DNA of 55,630 nt from Fidelibacterota bacterium (GTDB lineage Bacteria > Fidelibacterota > Marinisomatia > Marinisomatales > UBA1611): the NCBI GenBank assembly GCA_028338895.1, contig JAOLAV010000004.1, forward strand, positions 1 through 55,630. The letters run 5' to 3'. Shown in pieces: positions 52,261-55,630 of this stretch. The notes under the pieces are model-generated. The model was not told the origin of the DNA, made no database searches, and saw nothing but the letters and a program-made list of their open reading frames with translations. The first letter of the stretch is position 1. Each line of letters opens with the position of its first letter. The position numbers were made by a program, and so were the translations under genes.

Positions 52261-52377
52261 TTGCTTGCTACCCAGATAGATGAGACTTTGTGCAAGGTTC
52301 TAGAATGCCAGCCTAGTAATATATTAAAATATAGACCAGGTGAAGATATTCCCGAAGAACGTGAAATTTATACTTAA
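52261..52377 (+). pseudogene. C-terminal remnant of an Xre/Cro (YozG-like) HTH regulator
   Basis: Reads ETLCKVLECQPSNILKYRPGEDIPEEREIYT*; resembles the LCxxLxCQPGDILEY terminal motif; HTH part absent. Confidence 0.55.
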
Positions 52378-52404
52378 CTAAGTATTTTTTAAGAGGACAC
52401 TATT

Positions 52405-54279
52405 TTGAAGAAAATAAATTTAATTTACTTATTAATCATTTTATTAGGATGTGATCAAATGCAAAAAAAAGCACCTTTAATTCCAATGGAAGATTTTTTT
52501 CGGAGTCCAGAAAAATCTTCTTTTAAGATTTCTCCAAATGGAAATCATATTGCATATATGAAGCCTTGGAAGACAAGAATGAATGTATTTGTGATGGATA
52601 TGAAGAATAAAAAAGAAACACGGTTAACATCCTCTGAAGAAAGAGGTCTTTATGGATTTAGTTGGCTTACCGATAAAAGAATTGGGTATGTAAAAGATGA
52701 TGGTGGAAATGAAAATGTACATTTTTATGCTGTAAATATTGATGTATCAAATGAGATTGATCTAACACCATTTAAGAATGTTCAAGCCAGGATCATTGAT
52801 GACTTAGAAGATGATCCAGATCATATAATTATTGGTCTCAATAAGCGAAGCCCTCAAGTTCATGATCCTTATAGAATTAATGTGAATGATGGTAAAATGG
52901 AGATGATAGCTGAAAACCCAGGAAATATTTCCGGATGGATGACAGACCATGATGGAAAATTAAGAATAGCAATTACTAACGATGGCGTCAATACTAGCAT
53001 CCTTCATAGAAAGTTAGAATCTGATAAATTTGAATCAATTTTGACAACTGATTTTAAAGTTAGTGTTTCACCTCTATTTTTTACTTTTGATAATAAAAAC
53101 TTATATGTTGCTTCAAACAGAGGGCAAGATAAATCAGGTATTTTCAAATTTGATTTAATTAATGCCAAAGAAGGAAAATTAATTTTCGAACACGATGAAG
53201 TTGATGTCAGCGGATTGATGTATTCCAGAAAAAGAAAGGTTCTAACAGGAGTTAGTTATACGGTAGCCAAGAATGAAATGATATTTTTTGATACATGGAG
53301 AGAAGACATACAAGAAAAACTAGAAGAAAAATTACCTGGTTATGAGGTAGGTATAACTAGTTTTTCTAAGGACGAGACCAAAGCAGTTGTTGTCTCCTAT
53401 AGCGATAAATCAAGAGGTACATATTATTATTACGATGTAGAGAAAAATAAATTAACAGAATTGGGGAAAGCCAGTCCTTGGTTAAATGAAAATCATATGG
53501 CTGAAATGACTCCCATAAAATACACTTCAAGAGATGGATTGACCATTCATGGCTATCTTACCCTTCCTGAAAATAGTAATGGTAAGAATTTACCCCTTGT
53601 TGTTAATCCACATGGTGGCCCTTGGGCAAGAGATACTTGGGGATATAATCCACAGATACAATTTTTAGCAAACAGAGGATTTGCTGTCCTCCAAATGAAT
53701 TTTAGAGGTAGTACAGGATATGGTAGAGAGTTCTGGGAGATTAGTTTTAAGGAATGGGGAAAGTCCATGCAGGATGATATTACCGATGGTGTTAAATGGC
53801 TTATAGATGAAGGTATAGCAGATCCTAATAGAATTGCTATTTATGGTGCATCTTATGGAGGATATGCAACCTTAGCAGGTCTCGCTTTTACTCCTGACCT
53901 CTACGCATGCGGTGTCGATTATGTTGGCGTATCAAATATCTTTACTTTGCTCGAAACACTTCCACCGTATTGGGAATTAGGTAGGCAGATGATGTATGAG
54001 ATGATTGGGAATCCTGAAACTGAAAGAGATCTTCTTGAAGCAGCATCTCCTATATTTCACGTAGATAGTATCAGAGTTCCTCTATTTGTAGCCCAAGGCG
54101 CTAATGACCCAAGGGTAAAGCAATCTGAGTCTGACCAGATTGTAGAAGCACTTAAAGCCAGGGGTGTAGAAGTACCATATATGCTAAAAGAAGATGAAGG
54201 GCATGGTTTTTATAATGAAGAAAATCAGTTTGATTTTTACAGAGAAATGGAAAAATTTCTTAATAAACATATAAATTGA
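52405..54279 (+). CDS. S9 family (prolyl oligopeptidase-like) peptidase, probable lipoprotein
   Basis: LLGC lipobox; PHGGPW, GASYGGY, NDPRV, EGHGF. Confidence 0.95.
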   Translation: MKKINLIYLLIILLGCDQMQKKAPLIPMEDFFRSPEKSSFKISPNGNHIAYMKPWKTRMNVFVMDMKNKKETRLTSSEERGLYGFSWLTDKRIGYVKDDGGNENVHFYAVNIDVSNEIDLTPFKNVQARIIDDLEDDPDHIIIGLNKRSPQVHDPYRINVNDGKMEMIAENPGNISGWMTDHDGKLRIAITNDGVNTSILHRKLESDKFESILTTDFKVSVSPLFFTFDNKNLYVASNRGQDKSGIFKFDLINAKEGKLIFEHDEVDVSGLMYSRKRKVLTGVSYTVAKNEMIFFDTWREDIQEKLEEKLPGYEVGITSFSKDETKAVVVSYSDKSRGTYYYYDVEKNKLTELGKASPWLNENHMAEMTPIKYTSRDGLTIHGYLTLPENSNGKNLPLVVNPHGGPWARDTWGYNPQIQFLANRGFAVLQMNFRGSTGYGREFWEISFKEWGKSMQDDITDGVKWLIDEGIADPNRIAIYGASYGGYATLAGLAFTPDLYACGVDYVGVSNIFTLLETLPPYWELGRQMMYEMIGNPETERDLLEAASPIFHVDSIRVPLFVAQGANDPRVKQSESDQIVEALKARGVEVPYMLKEDEGHGFYNEENQFDFYREMEKFLNKHIN

Positions 54280-54445
54280 GTTTCTAAAAACAACTACGAT
54301 AGTTAGAGAAAAAATAAATATAGAAAAACTTACCTAGTCTGGTTAATTCAACTGAATTTTCTTTTTTTACGCTATTAATGAGTATAGTTCATTACATTTT
54401 TATTAAAATTAAAAAGATCAATAAACTTAAAAGGCAAAAAATATC

Positions 54446-55630
54446 ATGTCCATTTCAAAAGGTTTAACTCAATCAACTGTTAGCAAGATAGAGAATTCTA
54501 ACTCAATGATTAATGTCTTAGATCCACAGGATGGTAGTTTAGTTGGAACGGTTAAAAATAATACAATATCTCAAGTTAAGTTAGTGATTGAGACCGCAGT
54601 ATTAGGCGCTAAAAAAGCAAAAGCCCTTTCTGCACATGAACGGATGTCAGTGCTTAATCAGGTAGCTGAAAGCTTAAAAAAACAAAAAGAATTATTTGCT
54701 CAAATGATTTCTCGTGAAGGAATTAAGACTATCACAGAATCAAGAAAAGAGGTCTTAAGGTGTATAGAGACATTACGCATTAGCGCTGAAGAGGCTCGAA
54801 GATTGACAGGCGAAACCATTGCATTTGATCAAGCGCCAGGCTCAGAGAATCGATTTGGTTATTATCGTAGAATACCTATTGGCGTAATAGCGGCAATAAC
54901 ACCTTTTAATGATCCTTTGAATTTGGTAGCTCATAAAATAGGTCCGGCAATTGCTGCTGGAAACTCAGTTATTTTATTACCACATCATGAAACTCCTTTA
55001 GTCGCAAAAATGCTAATTAAGCTATTTAAGAGTACACCTCTTCCTGAAGGAGTTTTAAATTTTGTTACAGGGTATGGAGCTGAAATTGGTGATTCTATTA
55101 TTTCTGATCCCCGTATTAATATGGTTTCGTTTACGGGAGGGAAGAAGGTTGGAGATAGAATTTTAAAATTTTCTGGTCTCAAAAAAATATCAATGGAACT
55201 TGGAAGTAATTGTCCGACAATTGTAATGAATGATGCCGACTTTGAAATGGCTGTTAAATGTTGTGTCAGTGGTGCTTTCTGGGCCGCTGGTCAAAACTGT
55301 TTACACGTTCAAAGAATATACATTCAAGAGCAATTATATAAAAAATTCTCTACTGAATTTTGTAAACGTGCGATTCAGATTTCTATGGGAGACAAACTTT
55401 CGGAAAATTCTCAGATGGGTCCGATGATAAATGAAAAAGCAGCAAAAAGAGTTGAAATGATGGTGCAAGATGCTTTAAATAAAAATGCAAAATTATTATG
55501 TGGAGGAAAAAGGAATGGAAACTTTTTTGAACCTACAGTACTTACAAATGTTAGCGATGAATGCATTATAGCTAAAGAAGAAGTATTTGGACCCGTAACT
55601 ATTTTATATAATTTTTCTGAATCACAAGAA
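54446..55630 (+). CDS. Aldehyde dehydrogenase family protein (3' end beyond window; absent from ORF track)
   Basis: ATG 54446; ITPFNDPLNLVAHK, SFTGG, MELGSN, AGQNC (Cys at 55298), EEVFGPV. Confidence 0.95.
   Translation, partial: MSISKGLTQSTVSKIENSNSMINVLDPQDGSLVGTVKNNTISQVKLVIETAVLGAKKAKALSAHERMSVLNQVAESLKKQKELFAQMISREGIKTITESRKEVLRCIETLRISAEEARRLTGETIAFDQAPGSENRFGYYRRIPIGVIAAITPFNDPLNLVAHKIGPAIAAGNSVILLPHHETPLVAKMLIKLFKSTPLPEGVLNFVTGYGAEIGDSIISDPRINMVSFTGGKKVGDRILKFSGLKKISMELGSNCPTIVMNDADFEMAVKCCVSGAFWAAGQNCLHVQRIYIQEQLYKKFSTEFCKRAIQISMGDKLSENSQMGPMINEKAAKRVEMMVQDALNKNAKLLCGGKRNGNFFEPTVLTNVSDECIIAKEEVFGPVTILYNFSESQE

Overview
AT-rich bacterial chromosome segment, mostly housekeeping genes. 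The gene repertoire (T9SS-like C-terminal-domain protein with a PorV-like barrel, DGGGPS-like UbiA, eukaryote/archaea-type ProRS, GSII, type B L31) points to the FCB superphylum, probably marine Marinimicrobia; this is inference. I saw no tRNA, rRNA, CRISPR array, integrase or transposase. Main points: (1) a stand-alone Cas6b-like RAMP protein lacking the usual His motif and carrying a ~140-aa charged disordered tail, wedged into the rho-aspC-rpmE-prfA-prmC-dnaE cluster, so a candidate domesticated Cas6; (2) an ArsC-family selenoprotein missed by the ORF track (in-frame UGA at the catalytic Cys plus a SECIS-like hairpin); (3) a self-contained triad of TonB-dependent receptor, 1170-aa CTD protein and PorV-like barrel with its own promoter and operator; (4) a pair of paralogous ~70-aa membrane proteins with structured leaders; (5) an orphan Na+-type MotA/MotB stator pair; (6) a degenerate AroQ pseudo-enzyme. 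rho and motA each carry a +1 A in an A6 run, probably sequencing errors.
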